Below the pieces are notes generated by a model that saw only the letters and a program-made list of their open reading frames with translations, had not been told where the DNA came from and made no database searches. The position numbers were made by a program, and so were the translations under genes. A stretch of 64,000 nt of DNA from Candidatus Obscuribacterales bacterium (GTDB taxonomy: Bacteria; Cyanobacteriota; Vampirovibrionia; Obscuribacterales; Obscuribacteraceae), in assembly GCA_965228855.1 (NCBI GenBank), contig CBDDIJ010000004.1, positions 96,001 through 160,000 of the forward strand. Reading direction: 5' to 3'. Of the stretch, positions 9,874 through 19,602 are shown piece by piece. Numbering within the stretch: position 1 is the stretch's first letter; each line of letters begins with the position of its first letter.

Positions 9874-11052
9874 CTATCGGCCAGCGTTCGGCGGCTGTTG
9901 CAGAAGTAGGCCCGAAACGATACGGGCGACGGCGCGCCCCATAAGCGGGGGAACGGCGTTGCCAACCTGCTTCAGCTGCTGGCACTCGCTCCCGTGAAAG
10001 ACAAAGCCGTCGTGAAAGGACTGCAGCCGTGCGGCCTCGCGGACAGTAATCCACCGGTCGTGTTTCGGGTGTATCCACTCAGAAAGGTCGCGGTGCATCT
10101 GGGCCAGGATAGTGTAGGACGGCTTTTTGGGATCGAGACGGCGCCACTTGTGGCCGCGAGTGCCGGTCCAGAGTGACTTCGGAAGGGAATCGCCGCGGGC
10201 TCCTGGCCGGATCGCGGCGATTATCTTCTTCCGTCGGGCTTCGATCCCCTTGGTATGGTGATTGTGAAGCGCATCCTCGGAAATGTTTGCGCGCTTGCAC
10301 GCGGAGCCGAGCAAGTCGTGGTCCCAATCCAGCCGCATGAGTTTCTGAAAGTCCGAATATCGCCCGCCGGGCTTCTTCGGATAGGGAAGCGGTCCGTCGT
10401 CTGCTGATACGGCTCCAGGAAGATCGGAAAGCGCTTCGTGGACCGTGACGGCGCCATCGGTTTTTTCCCGTTCGACTAGGGCCTTAAGCACCTCGTCGAA
10501 GTTCCCGGTGAACGGCTGATTGTCCCGGATACCGAAGACAAATACGCGCCGCCGGTGTTGCGGAACCCCAAAGTCCGAAGCGACAGCGGGGATGATCGCT
10601 GTCCGCACGTACCCAGCTTCCCGGAATGCGTCGACAATTTTTGCTTTGAAATGGCCATTCTTCATGGCCACCATGTTGGGAACATTTTCCATTACGAAGG
10701 CGCGCGGCCGCAAAACCCGCACAACACGAACGAACTCTTCGTAAAGGCGGTTTCGCGGATCGTCCAAGTTGCGGGGGCCGATCTGGCTGAAACCTTGGCA
10801 AGGGGGACCGCCGTAGACCATATCGATCTGTCGCGCAGCCAGTTCAGCTAGATTCGGCACGCCGGGCTGCTCGTCGCGCAGAAAGCGGGCAATGTCGCCC
10901 TTGAAGAGCGCGACCTCACTGAAGTTGGCTGCGTGAGTCAGACACGCGTGAGCGTCCGACTCTACAGCGCAAACAACATTCCAGCCCGCAAGTCGCACCC
11001 CTTCACAGAATCCGCCCGCTCCGCTGAACAGCGATACAGCGGTCAGCGTCAT
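9874..11052 (-). CDS. druM: DNA (cytosine-5)-methyltransferase, DruM-like
   Basis: Motifs LFSGAGG, GGPPCQGFS, ENV, QHRRR, REAARLQSF, QVGNAVPP; first gene of the operon. Confidence 0.85.
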   Translation of the reverse strand: MTLTAVSLFSGAGGFCEGVRLAGWNVVCAVESDAHACLTHAANFSEVALFKGDIARFLRDEQPGVPNLAELAARQIDMVYGGPPCQGFSQIGPRNLDDPRNRLYEEFVRVVRVLRPRAFVMENVPNMVAMKNGHFKAKIVDAFREAGYVRTAIIPAVASDFGVPQHRRRVFVFGIRDNQPFTGNFDEVLKALVEREKTDGAVTVHEALSDLPGAVSADDGPLPYPKKPGGRYSDFQKLMRLDWDHDLLGSACKRANISEDALHNHHTKGIEARRKKIIAAIRPGARGDSLPKSLWTGTRGHKWRRLDPKKPSYTILAQMHRDLSEWIHPKHDRWITVREAARLQSFHDGFVFHGSECQQLKQVGNAVPPLMGRAVARIVSGLLLQQPPNAGR

Positions 11053-11312
11053 CGCGCGCCGCCCTCTAGGCTACGCCCGCTTCGGCCGTGATCACTGATC
11101 GAGATTCGTAAGAACGAATTACGCCCCATAGTCCCCCATCATGACCTGCGGGTCTTGGTTCCCGCAGATCCTTCCTCGTTACAAGCCGCGCCTGGTCCCC
11201 CGAAACTCCAGACGCACTGCGCGCCGGTAGAACGGCGCATTCCCGAGGCAAAGAGATCCGTATGGTGATCCTGGGCGCTTTTCCGACGAAATAGTATAGA
11301 CTGAAGAACTTC

Positions 11313-12173
11313 ATGTTCTCTAGTCCGCTTACTACGATGGCGCCGTTGTCCCCAATCCGTCTTACGAGCCTCCTCCTGGTTGAGGAGCGCCTCCTGGAAG
11401 CCAAGTATTTTGCCAGTCGGCTCGCGAAGCAGAACGACAGGGACAGGTTCGGGTACGAGCTGAATGCCTTCCTGGCGGCCGCACGCAGTGTGACATTCCT
11501 GTTGCAGAAGGAGATGGCGAGAGTCCCCGGTTTTGCCGATTGGTGGGACGTCCAGCGGCACCATCTCTCGAACGACCCCGCGGCAACGTTTTTTCTAAAG
11601 CTCCGCAACTTGTCCCAGAAAGAGGGGCGTGTGTCGCTGGTCGGAGGTTCGCTTGGTCAGGGTCGATGGACGTACCGGTTCGCAGGAAACTCTGAACGCG
11701 TTCCAGGGTGCCTTCTGAATCGCGACGTTGCCGACTGCTGCCACGAGCATGTGGGAAAGCTCGCGAGGGTCATCCTCGCTTTCTCGGAAGCGTTCCCCTA
11801 TCAGAGCTGCCCACGGATGGCCCTTACGCCGGCAGGAGTCGCTGCGCTGCACCTTCCTCTGGAGCAGATAGAGGAGGCGCTCGGATTTCCGAACGGGTGG
11901 ACAGACACCGGAGATGCCACAAACGGCGACCGGCGCATCCAGGTTCTCCGCGAGCATGTGGATGGCGTCGACTTCGCCGTGATCAGCCGGTTAGCAAACT
12001 GGAAGCCGAAGGCGGCGCCCATATCGGATGCGCCCGCGTCCACTTTCTCCGAAGAGATTCTTGCATCGATGGTGCGGCAGCTCGAAGGTTCTCAGCGGAG
12101 CGTGATGACTGCGCAGCTCGCGGCCGATCTGCTCCTCGGTGGAGGTTCCGACGCCAGTGCACAAGACCCGTGA
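11313..12173 (+). CDS. Hypothetical helical protein, possible HEPN-like
   Basis: 286 aa; EAKYF...LNAFLAAARSVTFLLQKE...KLRNLSQKE. Confidence 0.6.
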   Translation: MFSSPLTTMAPLSPIRLTSLLLVEERLLEAKYFASRLAKQNDRDRFGYELNAFLAAARSVTFLLQKEMARVPGFADWWDVQRHHLSNDPAATFFLKLRNLSQKEGRVSLVGGSLGQGRWTYRFAGNSERVPGCLLNRDVADCCHEHVGKLARVILAFSEAFPYQSCPRMALTPAGVAALHLPLEQIEEALGFPNGWTDTGDATNGDRRIQVLREHVDGVDFAVISRLANWKPKAAPISDAPASTFSEEILASMVRQLEGSQRSVMTAQLAADLLLGGGSDASAQDP

Positions 12174-12219
12174 ACGCAAACGCCGTTCAAGTCGATGGCA
12201 ATAAGGAGGATCGTACGTT

Positions 12220-12747
12220 GTGACCTTGAAAGCGCGTGAGGTTCTTGATGACTGCCGCATCGGGCTGTCGATGCTCGAGGATGAAACAGATGCTCGGAGG
12301 TGGCGCGTTCATTGGGCGGCGGCCGTCGCGCTGCTACGTGCGGTCGGCCACGTCCTCGACAAAGTGGATGGCGAAGATCCGATCGTTGGGCAAGCAGCCC
12401 GCGCTGCCTTCAAACAGTGGAAGGGCACCGATCCAAAGCACGAGATCTTCCGCGACTTCATAGAACGCGAGCGCAACAACCTGCTCAAGGAGTATCGCAG
12501 TGATGTTCATCCGCACGCGGAGGTTGCCTTGGCATTCGAATTCTCGGCAGCGCCTCCGAACGGCGGCCCTCGCGTCACATACACACAGGTCGCGGAGATT
12601 GATGAGAATATCTATCGGCCATTCCTCGACGGCCCGTGGAAAGGAACTGATGCTCGGGACGTCTTGAGTGACGCTATCGAATGGTGGGATGCGGAGCTTG
12701 GGTCGATCGAAACGGAAGCCGCTCGCAAAGGATCAGCGTCCAGATAG
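12220..12747 (+). CDS. Hypothetical helical protein, possible HEPN-like
   Basis: AGGAGG RBS before GTG; AVALLRAVGHVLDK...ERERNNLLKEY. Confidence 0.65.
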   Translation: MTLKAREVLDDCRIGLSMLEDETDARRWRVHWAAAVALLRAVGHVLDKVDGEDPIVGQAARAAFKQWKGTDPKHEIFRDFIERERNNLLKEYRSDVHPHAEVALAFEFSAAPPNGGPRVTYTQVAEIDENIYRPFLDGPWKGTDARDVLSDAIEWWDAELGSIETEAARKGSASR

Positions 12748-12855
12748 TCGAGCGACAGGGCCGAAGACCGGCCATTGACTCCCCTCACGGGGTTAAGTTG
12801 CGTTGGCCTTCGTTATACCGGCTGCCTTGCGGCACTGCGCGACTGGAGCCGCTCG

Positions 12856-13050
12856 CGGTACTTCTGAACCTGCCGACACGAATTGGAACCGTCTGGACGA
12901 TAACCCCAGAGCTCAGCGAGGTTGAACATCCTGCCCAGTATAGGCGAGCGTTCGGTTGGCGATGATCGGCCGATCCGTCATGCCTGTCATCATGGCTGGA
13001 ATATCGGCTCGCCTGGCTTCGGGCACCTTCAAACGACACGCTGGCAAGGA
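12856..13050 (-). pseudogene. Internal fragment of a third tyrosine integrase copy
   Basis: Aligns by eye to ~21577-21770. With frameshifts it reads ADIPAMMTGMTDRPIIANRTLA..MFNLAELWGYRPDGSNSCRQVQKY. Confidence 0.85.
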
Positions 13051-13059
13051 TGCGACGCT

Positions 13060-13686
13060 CTAGGATTGTGTGGTCTGCATGATATCGGCCAGGAGGTCGT
13101 TGATGCTCCCGGCCGAAGTTGCAAGCCTGCCGTCCACGACATGCGGGAGGTCGTTTTCTTCTTCGTACCGGTAACTGGCCTCGAATTCGTCGAGCGCGTC
13201 TCCCGCTAGCGGGACGCCTCGCTTCTTCAGGCGCTCGTACGCTGCGACAACGAAGTTGAAAAGGGCCGGGTTGATATTCACGAGCGGGCCATACCAGTGA
13301 AACACGTCGTGGCAGGCATGCCGCGTCGCTTCCCGGTATCGTTCTGTCGTTCCTTCAATCGCGGCGACGACGATATCGCGCGGGACGAGGCACAGGGTCA
13401 TTAGATCCGCCACGATCGGATAGTCTCCGACTGGAATGAGCCTGACGACATGCCGCAGCTCCTGCTGATGGTGGAAATAGTTCCGGAGGCATTTGAGCGC
13501 CGTGAATTCCGCGACGTCGAAGAAATCGAGGTCGGCACCAATCTTCAACCGATCATTCAGACTGTGTCCGGCGGTGAGCAGCGAAAACAGCGTGTCACGA
13601 TCCGGTGAGACGCAATGCGTGCGATAAAGCCGGAAGAACCTGTCGGACGCTGCGCCAACGTTCGTCAGATCGCTGCTCTCAGCCAC
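13060..13686 (-). CDS. Hypothetical protein with HEPN-type RxxxxH motif
   Basis: 208 aa, GGAG RBS, LKCLRNYFHH. Confidence 0.65.
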   Translation of the reverse strand: MAESSDLTNVGAASDRFFRLYRTHCVSPDRDTLFSLLTAGHSLNDRLKIGADLDFFDVAEFTALKCLRNYFHHQQELRHVVRLIPVGDYPIVADLMTLCLVPRDIVVAAIEGTTERYREATRHACHDVFHWYGPLVNINPALFNFVVAAYERLKKRGVPLAGDALDEFEASYRYEEENDLPHVVDGRLATSAGSINDLLADIMQTTQS

Positions 13687-13801
13687 AACGATGCTCCATC
13701 AAACAAGCGAGCTTTCGATTTCCGCTGCCGGGGCGGTGTCCTCGCGACTCACGTAGTATTGTCCTCTAGGACTCCAGAGGTCCTGACAGTGGATCATTCA
13801 C

Positions 13802-15277
13802 ATGAACACCGCCAATGTCACCCTCGACCCTCTTGCCCCGGCGGCAAGCGTACCGGATCCAGCGATCGAGGAGGTGATCGATAAGCGCACCGGTGAGATC
13901 ATCGACGTTGCGAGCTTTATTGGATCGCACAGTTACGACGAGATGATCGTGAAGCGGCAGCAGGTACGCGAGAGCCTTGATGCCGATCCGCACTTCATCT
14001 GCGCCCTTTGCCACCAACCGATCTACGTGGTCGGCAACCAGCTGAAGCGCTTCTTTTTCCGGCATGTGTCCGACGCCGACTGCGCAGTTACTCGAGGCAC
14101 GCTCTCACAAGACGAAATCCGGGCTCGAAAATACCACGGACTGCGTGAAAGCGACGCTCATCGGCGGATCAAGGCGCTGCTGACGCGCAGCCTTAGCGCC
14201 GATCCAGCCTATTCCGATATTGCCGAAGAGAAGACCTGGTCGTCTGCGACCAAATCCCGCCATCGACGGCCCGACGTCCAGTGCCGCTTCGGCGAGCACC
14301 GGCTTGCCTTCGAGATCCAGCTGTCGACCACCTTTCTCGACGTCGTGCTGGCGCGCCGCAATTTCTACCGAGACGAGGGCGGTCTGCTCATCTGGGTGAT
14401 GGGGAGCTTCGATCCAGAATACCGTCGGATGACGACCGATGACATGCTGTTCTCGAACAATGCCAACCTTCTTGTTGTCGATGACGAAACCACCGAAAGG
14501 TCGGAGCGGTCCGGCAAACTGCACGTGCGCTGCTGGTATCGCACGGCTTTTCGAAATGGGCCTGAGCTGGCGGGTGATTGGGCCGAAGCGATCGTTGCGT
14601 TCGAGCGCTTGACGCTAGATAGGGTAGGTCAACGGGCCTTTTTCTACGATCACGACGCCGCGCGGAAAGCGGTGCGAGATGAGCTTGAGCACGACGTAGC
14701 GGTTCGCGCCGGGAAACTGCGAGACACGTTTGTCGAGCGCTGGCTCGAGTTCGGTCATCTTTACGCCGAGCGCTATGAGCATGATGCGGCTTGGAGCGAC
14801 CTGCGTCAGGCGCTCGCGGCCGAAGGCATCGACGTATCGCCCGATCGCGACCGCAAGGTCACATCGCTATTGAATGCCATTCTCAGCGTGCGTGAGGGGC
14901 GGCCAGTCGGTTGGGATTTCGCCAAGCTCATCCAAGTCGCCCATCACATCGCCGAACGCAACGCGGACCTGCTTGCCGCCTTTGGCGCAGCGGTAAAGAT
15001 CTATGGTCGCGACGTCCTCCTCGAGGCCGAAGATGCCAAGGGAACCTGGGCGCGACGACGCCGAGCAATCCGCGAGCGCATGGCAGCTGGGGCGGCGAAC
15101 GTTTCCCCTAACACGGACGTTCTACCGTTGCTGTACTTCCTTTTTCCCGAGGTCGCTAGCGCGGTGCAAGCTTATCTGGCTCGTCACCTCAAGGAAGCCG
15201 CTGGTCCGGGTCGAACCGGCGCTGCACCGGCGGCCTCGATGCAAGCTCCGTCCGTAGACGCAAAAGCGCGAGGCTGA
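13802..15277 (+). CDS. CoiA/DUF6035-like protein (Zn ribbon plus PD-(D/E)xK nuclease)
   Basis: CALC...FFRH...C, ESDAH, RRPDV...AFEIQLS. Confidence 0.7.
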   Translation: MNTANVTLDPLAPAASVPDPAIEEVIDKRTGEIIDVASFIGSHSYDEMIVKRQQVRESLDADPHFICALCHQPIYVVGNQLKRFFFRHVSDADCAVTRGTLSQDEIRARKYHGLRESDAHRRIKALLTRSLSADPAYSDIAEEKTWSSATKSRHRRPDVQCRFGEHRLAFEIQLSTTFLDVVLARRNFYRDEGGLLIWVMGSFDPEYRRMTTDDMLFSNNANLLVVDDETTERSERSGKLHVRCWYRTAFRNGPELAGDWAEAIVAFERLTLDRVGQRAFFYDHDAARKAVRDELEHDVAVRAGKLRDTFVERWLEFGHLYAERYEHDAAWSDLRQALAAEGIDVSPDRDRKVTSLLNAILSVREGRPVGWDFAKLIQVAHHIAERNADLLAAFGAAVKIYGRDVLLEAEDAKGTWARRRRAIRERMAAGAANVSPNTDVLPLLYFLFPEVASAVQAYLARHLKEAAGPGRTGAAPAASMQAPSVDAKARG

Positions 15278-15606
15278 ACCAATGGCAGGTCGTTCCGCAG
15301 CTTTTCCTTCCTGGCCTGCCGTGCGCAGATCTGGCTTACCCGCCCCGGGCTGAGTGCGTAGTCGCGGGCCAAAGCCGCAAATGTCTCTCCAGCGAGATGC
15401 CTTTCATAAATCTGACAAGCGCGATCTTCCGCATCCAGCATTTTGCGCTGGTTGCGGTCGAAGTCCTCGCGCTCCGCTGACGTCCAGACCTTGTAGGTTT
15501 CAACACCAGTCTTACGGTTGCGGATCCTGACGACATAGCGGCCATCGACGATGCTCCGGACATCGTACGATCCATCTCTGAATCTGATTACATCGCCGAG
15601 CGACAC
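15184..15606 (-). CDS. Small protein with C-terminal helix-turn-helix
   Basis: AGGAG RBS before GTG 15606; GETFAALARDYALSPGRVSQI. Its 3' end overlaps the convergent gene. Confidence 0.55.
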   Translation of the reverse strand: MSLGDVIRFRDGSYDVRSIVDGRYVVRIRNRKTGVETYKVWTSAEREDFDRNQRKMLDAEDRACQIYERHLAGETFAALARDYALSPGRVSQICARQARKEKLRNDLPLVQPRAFASTDGACIEAAGAAPVRPGPAASLR

Positions 15607-15691
15607 TCTTGCTCTCCTGTAGTCGTGGGACGCCCGCTTCGTTGAGTGGGGCAGTAGCGCACATCGAACATGGCTGGCTGCATGCTGGTGC

Positions 15692-16411
15692 TCATCGCTT
15701 CCGGGACTTACTTTTCGATTTCGATGTCGTGGTTGGGTAGCCGAAAGGGAGAAAGAAGTGGGAGACGCGGATCGTGCCGTGTGTGGGCGCCAGACTAGCG
15801 TCGCGCTGGTGCTCCGTATCGAAATCCGCGCCAGCAAAGAGAGTTGAGGGGCGGACATATGGCGCGCCGGCCGACGTAGGGCACAACCGCAGGGCGGCGG
15901 CCAAGGCGGCATCTTCGAGCGCCGTCCGTATCGGCGGTACGACTTCTTCTTCGGCATCGAGCAGAACACCGACCATTGCCGCGATCGCTTGCTTGCGGCT
16001 GTAGATTCCGGTCACAAATCGTCCGAGTCCTTGGTCCCGCAGGTAGTGGTCGCGATGCCGTTTCTGGCGTCCGAGACGCTTGAATTCGAAAACAAGGTGC
16101 ATACCCCTTACGTCGTCATTCCAGCCATAGACGATGTCCGTTCGCCGCTCCTCGATCAGAGCCCCGGTGGCAGGGTCGATGTCGCCGATAATGTCTTCGG
16201 CCGACCACATGCCGAGCAATCCACGTTCCCGCGCGACGTAGTTCTCGACATAGACCTTGAGCCGCTTGGTGAGACCGTTCTCCTTCGTCTTCGGATTGAA
16301 ATCAGGGCGAGGTCGGGCGGCCAACTCCGACCAACCCTGCCGCACGGCCTCAACGGCCTCCGTGGCCGGCCGAATTGGGAAAGCCGCAAGCCAGTCAGCT
16401 GGTGCAGTCAC
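15692..16411 (-). CDS. Putative PD-(D/E)xK-fold nuclease-like protein
   Basis: KENGLT...RRTDI...VFEFKRL; GTGA overlap with the methyltransferase stop. Confidence 0.6.
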   Translation of the reverse strand: MTAPADWLAAFPIRPATEAVEAVRQGWSELAARPRPDFNPKTKENGLTKRLKVYVENYVARERGLLGMWSAEDIIGDIDPATGALIEERRTDIVYGWNDDVRGMHLVFEFKRLGRQKRHRDHYLRDQGLGRFVTGIYSRKQAIAAMVGVLLDAEEEVVPPIRTALEDAALAAALRLCPTSAGAPYVRPSTLFAGADFDTEHQRDASLAPTHGTIRVSHFFLPFGYPTTTSKSKSKSRKR

Positions 16412-19400
16412 GCGGGCACCGCCGTCTTGCTGCCCACCTGGCGGGACTGAACGGTGCGGACGATATGCTCGGCGTCCCGCATGGCCTGCCTGACTGTCCA
16501 GCTCTTCCGTGAGAGCGGCCGCACGAGATAGAGCGCGCCGTCTATCCAGAGATGGACGTCTGGAACCAAAGCGAGGAAGTCGCCCGAGGCGACAACGCGA
16601 AGACCGACCTTTCGCAGCTGCGCGAGCGTTTCGATGACCAGGTCATCGCTCACTGTCGCGCTGACTTCCGGCGCCGCGGTGGATTGGCTGACGTAAGCGA
16701 CACGCACGATACCGGACGGTCCGGCGCGGCTTGGATCGCTTGCAATCACATCAACCCGAAAGCGTCCCCGACCTCGGGTTTTGGTTCGCCACGAGGTAAG
16801 CGCTTCGGCGAGCGCGTTGGCATAGATATCAAAGTCCCCGGCATCGACACGATGCTGCGCGGGGGTATCGAGACTTTTGAAGCTGCGCGGACGGATCGAG
16901 GGCATGAGGACCTCGACCGTTTCGCGGACCAGAATCTGCTCTTTGGTCGTGAGGCCGAAATAGTCGAATATGGCTTTGTCGAGCTCGTCGCGGAGTTCGG
17001 TGTAGCGAGATCCCTGTTCCAGTTCGGGGAGTGCGGCAAGGGCAGCCATGTGGGTTTGAACGATATCGAGCGCGGCCGCAGCTGCGTCGGCATCCGGTGC
17101 ATCCTGGGGGGTGAAGAACGGGAACGCCTCTACCTCCGCCAGGTGCACGCCATTGCGTTCACACAGCATTTTCCAGCCTCGCATCATCAGGAAATAGCGA
17201 GCGAGGGTGGAACGCAGATACACCGCTGCGAACTGCAGGAGCGCGGCGTCTTCCCGCCTGCCAGCGATGACTCCAATGCTGTGAGTGAAGCTGGCCGCAC
17301 CATCGTAGTAAACAGCGCGCACGTTCTGTTCGCCCTTGGAAAAGCCGTCGGGAAACAGAACGCGCGGACCATCGAAGACCGCCCGCACCGAATCGTTGAG
17401 ACCGACCACCGTCTGCTGCGTCTCGGGCCATTTGCCCAGCAGGATCGGGTGGAGGACCGGCGAGCCTGCGCTCAAGGCCGCGATTGGCACGAAAGGCTTG
17501 TCTCGCAGTTCTCCCGCATCGACGGCCTCACGGCTGCTGTCGTTGAGATGGATTCCTTTCCGATAGACCCAGCGCCGGAACTCGGGTGGCCCTCGCCAAA
17601 AGTCGGCGAAGGTGCCGCGTAGGGAGAGCCGGGTCCAGATGGCCAGATCGCTGGCGTCCCCCCACATCATGGTGACGAGCAACTGCGGATCCTCGACCAC
17701 CGAACGGGTGAGCAGAGAATGGCGGTCGGCGGACTGCATGGTCAGGCGACCAAGCGCCAGGCTGAGGTCGGCCTTAGGCACGAGATATTCGAAGGTTTCG
17801 TCAAGCGGGATGCTCACCGGCGGTTCGTCGCGGCGACGCTCCGCCAGAAACACGTGGCAGGTGTTCTCGGCTGTTGGGAACAGCAAGCCCTGAAGATCGC
17901 CGAAATTGATCAAGCGAATGGGACGATAGGCACCCAGCGCACGAGCTACGAACGTTGTGCTCGACGCTCCAAGGAACTGCCCTATCGGCAAGATCAAGCA
18001 TACGCGCCCACCGTCCGACAGGAACTCGCGCGCGCGCAGCGCATAGGCGCCGGCGATCTGTCGGCGAACAAAGGGGACGCCGGCATACTTCGCCCAATCA
18101 TCCGCGGACGTATGCTCTTCACCCTCGGGCTCTGCCCAGGGCGGATTCGAGATGATCAACGAGAAGCGGCGGGCATGGAATGCATGTGACGTTCGAAAAA
18201 AGTCGGCGTCCTTTGGTCCATGGACAAGGTTGCGACCGCTGAGCGAGGGGAGCTTCGTTCCATCACGCTCCTGTGCCGCGAGAATGTCCGCCGGCTTGAG
18301 GCCTTCGAGGAGGGACAGGTAAAGGCTGAATGCCGTTACGCGGCAGGCCATGAAGTTGATGTCGCCACCAAAGATGCTGCTCTCCAGAAGTCGGCTGCGT
18401 TCGGCAAACCCGAGCTGTCGGCCCTGCTTTGCTTCGGAGAGCGCGATGAGGCGGCGATATGCAGTGGTGAGCAGGATGCCTGAGCCGCATGCGCCATCGA
18501 AGATGATCTCTGCAAGCGGATCGGGCGAGGCCACTAGTGCTTGGTCGACGGCCAGCATGGCGAGGTTGCGGGGCGTATAGTACGCTCCGTCCTTGGCCTG
18601 CTGCTCCGGTGTCAGGAACTTTTCGTAGAGTCCGGAAAGCAGTTCTACGGGAATGTAGCTGAAGTCGTAGTTCCAGAAATCGGCTTGACCGGTCCGCATA
18701 TCGGTGCGTCGCAGGAACTGATTGAGAAGGTCGAATCCCTCGTCGGAAAGCGCGGTCCAGGGATCGTGCCGATCATCCCCGAGGAAGTCGCCGTTGAAAT
18801 CGCTTCGGAGCGAGTCGATCAGCGATCGGATGCCGTCGCGCCCACGCTGGGCGACTAGACCGTGAAGCTCAACCACGGCGCGGCGTTCTCGATAGGTCGT
18901 TCCGACGATCTCCCGGTGCTCGAGATAGGAGACGAAGAGCACCTGGCCCATAAGTAGTTCGGCCAGCCTGCGTCGGTCGCTCTCGGACACGGTTCCCGCG
19001 AAGCCGCCGTCGCGCAGTTTCGATACGGTGGTGGACAGATTTGTGAGCAGCTTACGATCTACGCGGGCGTTGACGTCAAACCACTTCGGTAGCCGGCGGG
19101 ACAAATTCGCCGTCGCCACGTCAAGTGCTGAGAATGGACCATCCGGACGTGCCTCGTCACGGCGCAGGTACTCACCGGCACGCCTTAATTTCCGAGCAGG
19201 AAGCGCGACGGCTTCGTCGCCCTTCAGCTCGATCACGACCGTCGCAAGGTTCTGGTTCCAGATACGCTTGCGCGCCTCGTCAAGATCGGCCGGCTGAAGC
19301 GGCTCGTCGTCATCACCCACGAACACAACGGTTGGGACACCTTCGACGTCAAAGACTGCCTGGGCGCGGATGGCACCGTCTGGACGAAGAAGGGCGTTGA

Positions 19401-19515
19401 TCTCAAGGGCGTAGGGGTGGGTTTCGGGAACCGGCGCTCCGCGCAGGTGCAGGACGTCTGGCTCGGCCGTGTAGCCAAGTTTTTCAAGCCAGTCCTGGAC
19501 TCCGATGCTCGCCAC
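16408..19515 (-). CDS. Large N6-adenine DNA methyltransferase (type I/IIG-like, gamma motif order)
   Basis: GAYYTP, FDGACGSG, GGDIN, ISNPPW. GTG start at 19515 with GGGAGG RBS; 1035 aa. Confidence 0.85.
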   Translation of the reverse strand: MASIGVQDWLEKLGYTAEPDVLHLRGAPVPETHPYALEINALLRPDGAIRAQAVFDVEGVPTVVFVGDDDEPLQPADLDEARKRIWNQNLATVVIELKGDEAVALPARKLRRAGEYLRRDEARPDGPFSALDVATANLSRRLPKWFDVNARVDRKLLTNLSTTVSKLRDGGFAGTVSESDRRRLAELLMGQVLFVSYLEHREIVGTTYRERRAVVELHGLVAQRGRDGIRSLIDSLRSDFNGDFLGDDRHDPWTALSDEGFDLLNQFLRRTDMRTGQADFWNYDFSYIPVELLSGLYEKFLTPEQQAKDGAYYTPRNLAMLAVDQALVASPDPLAEIIFDGACGSGILLTTAYRRLIALSEAKQGRQLGFAERSRLLESSIFGGDINFMACRVTAFSLYLSLLEGLKPADILAAQERDGTKLPSLSGRNLVHGPKDADFFRTSHAFHARRFSLIISNPPWAEPEGEEHTSADDWAKYAGVPFVRRQIAGAYALRAREFLSDGGRVCLILPIGQFLGASSTTFVARALGAYRPIRLINFGDLQGLLFPTAENTCHVFLAERRRDEPPVSIPLDETFEYLVPKADLSLALGRLTMQSADRHSLLTRSVVEDPQLLVTMMWGDASDLAIWTRLSLRGTFADFWRGPPEFRRWVYRKGIHLNDSSREAVDAGELRDKPFVPIAALSAGSPVLHPILLGKWPETQQTVVGLNDSVRAVFDGPRVLFPDGFSKGEQNVRAVYYDGAASFTHSIGVIAGRREDAALLQFAAVYLRSTLARYFLMMRGWKMLCERNGVHLAEVEAFPFFTPQDAPDADAAAAALDIVQTHMAALAALPELEQGSRYTELRDELDKAIFDYFGLTTKEQILVRETVEVLMPSIRPRSFKSLDTPAQHRVDAGDFDIYANALAEALTSWRTKTRGRGRFRVDVIASDPSRAGPSGIVRVAYVSQSTAAPEVSATVSDDLVIETLAQLRKVGLRVVASGDFLALVPDVHLWIDGALYLVRPLSRKSWTVRQAMRDAEHIVRTVQSRQVGSKTAVPA

Positions 19516-19602
19516 GCTATGCCTCCCGACACGAGAACATAACAGGAACACGTAGTTCTGTGAAACCCGGAATTCGCCGACGGGGCGATGACGACGCCCG
19601 GG

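Noticed and set aside
9869..10078. N-terminal 70 aa of the 866-aa ORF
   Set aside because: It overlaps the methylase C-terminus; ATG 9868 just after the methylase stop is more plausible.
967..11052. DISARM class II assignment
   Set aside because: No separate DrmA/DrmB or PLD gene is seen. A single large DUF1998 helicase after an MTase and two unknowns fits druMFGE better.
11066..11608. Minus-strand ORFs upstream of the methylase as extra operon genes
   Set aside because: Mostly antisense to the 11313 gene, with atypical composition and no motifs.
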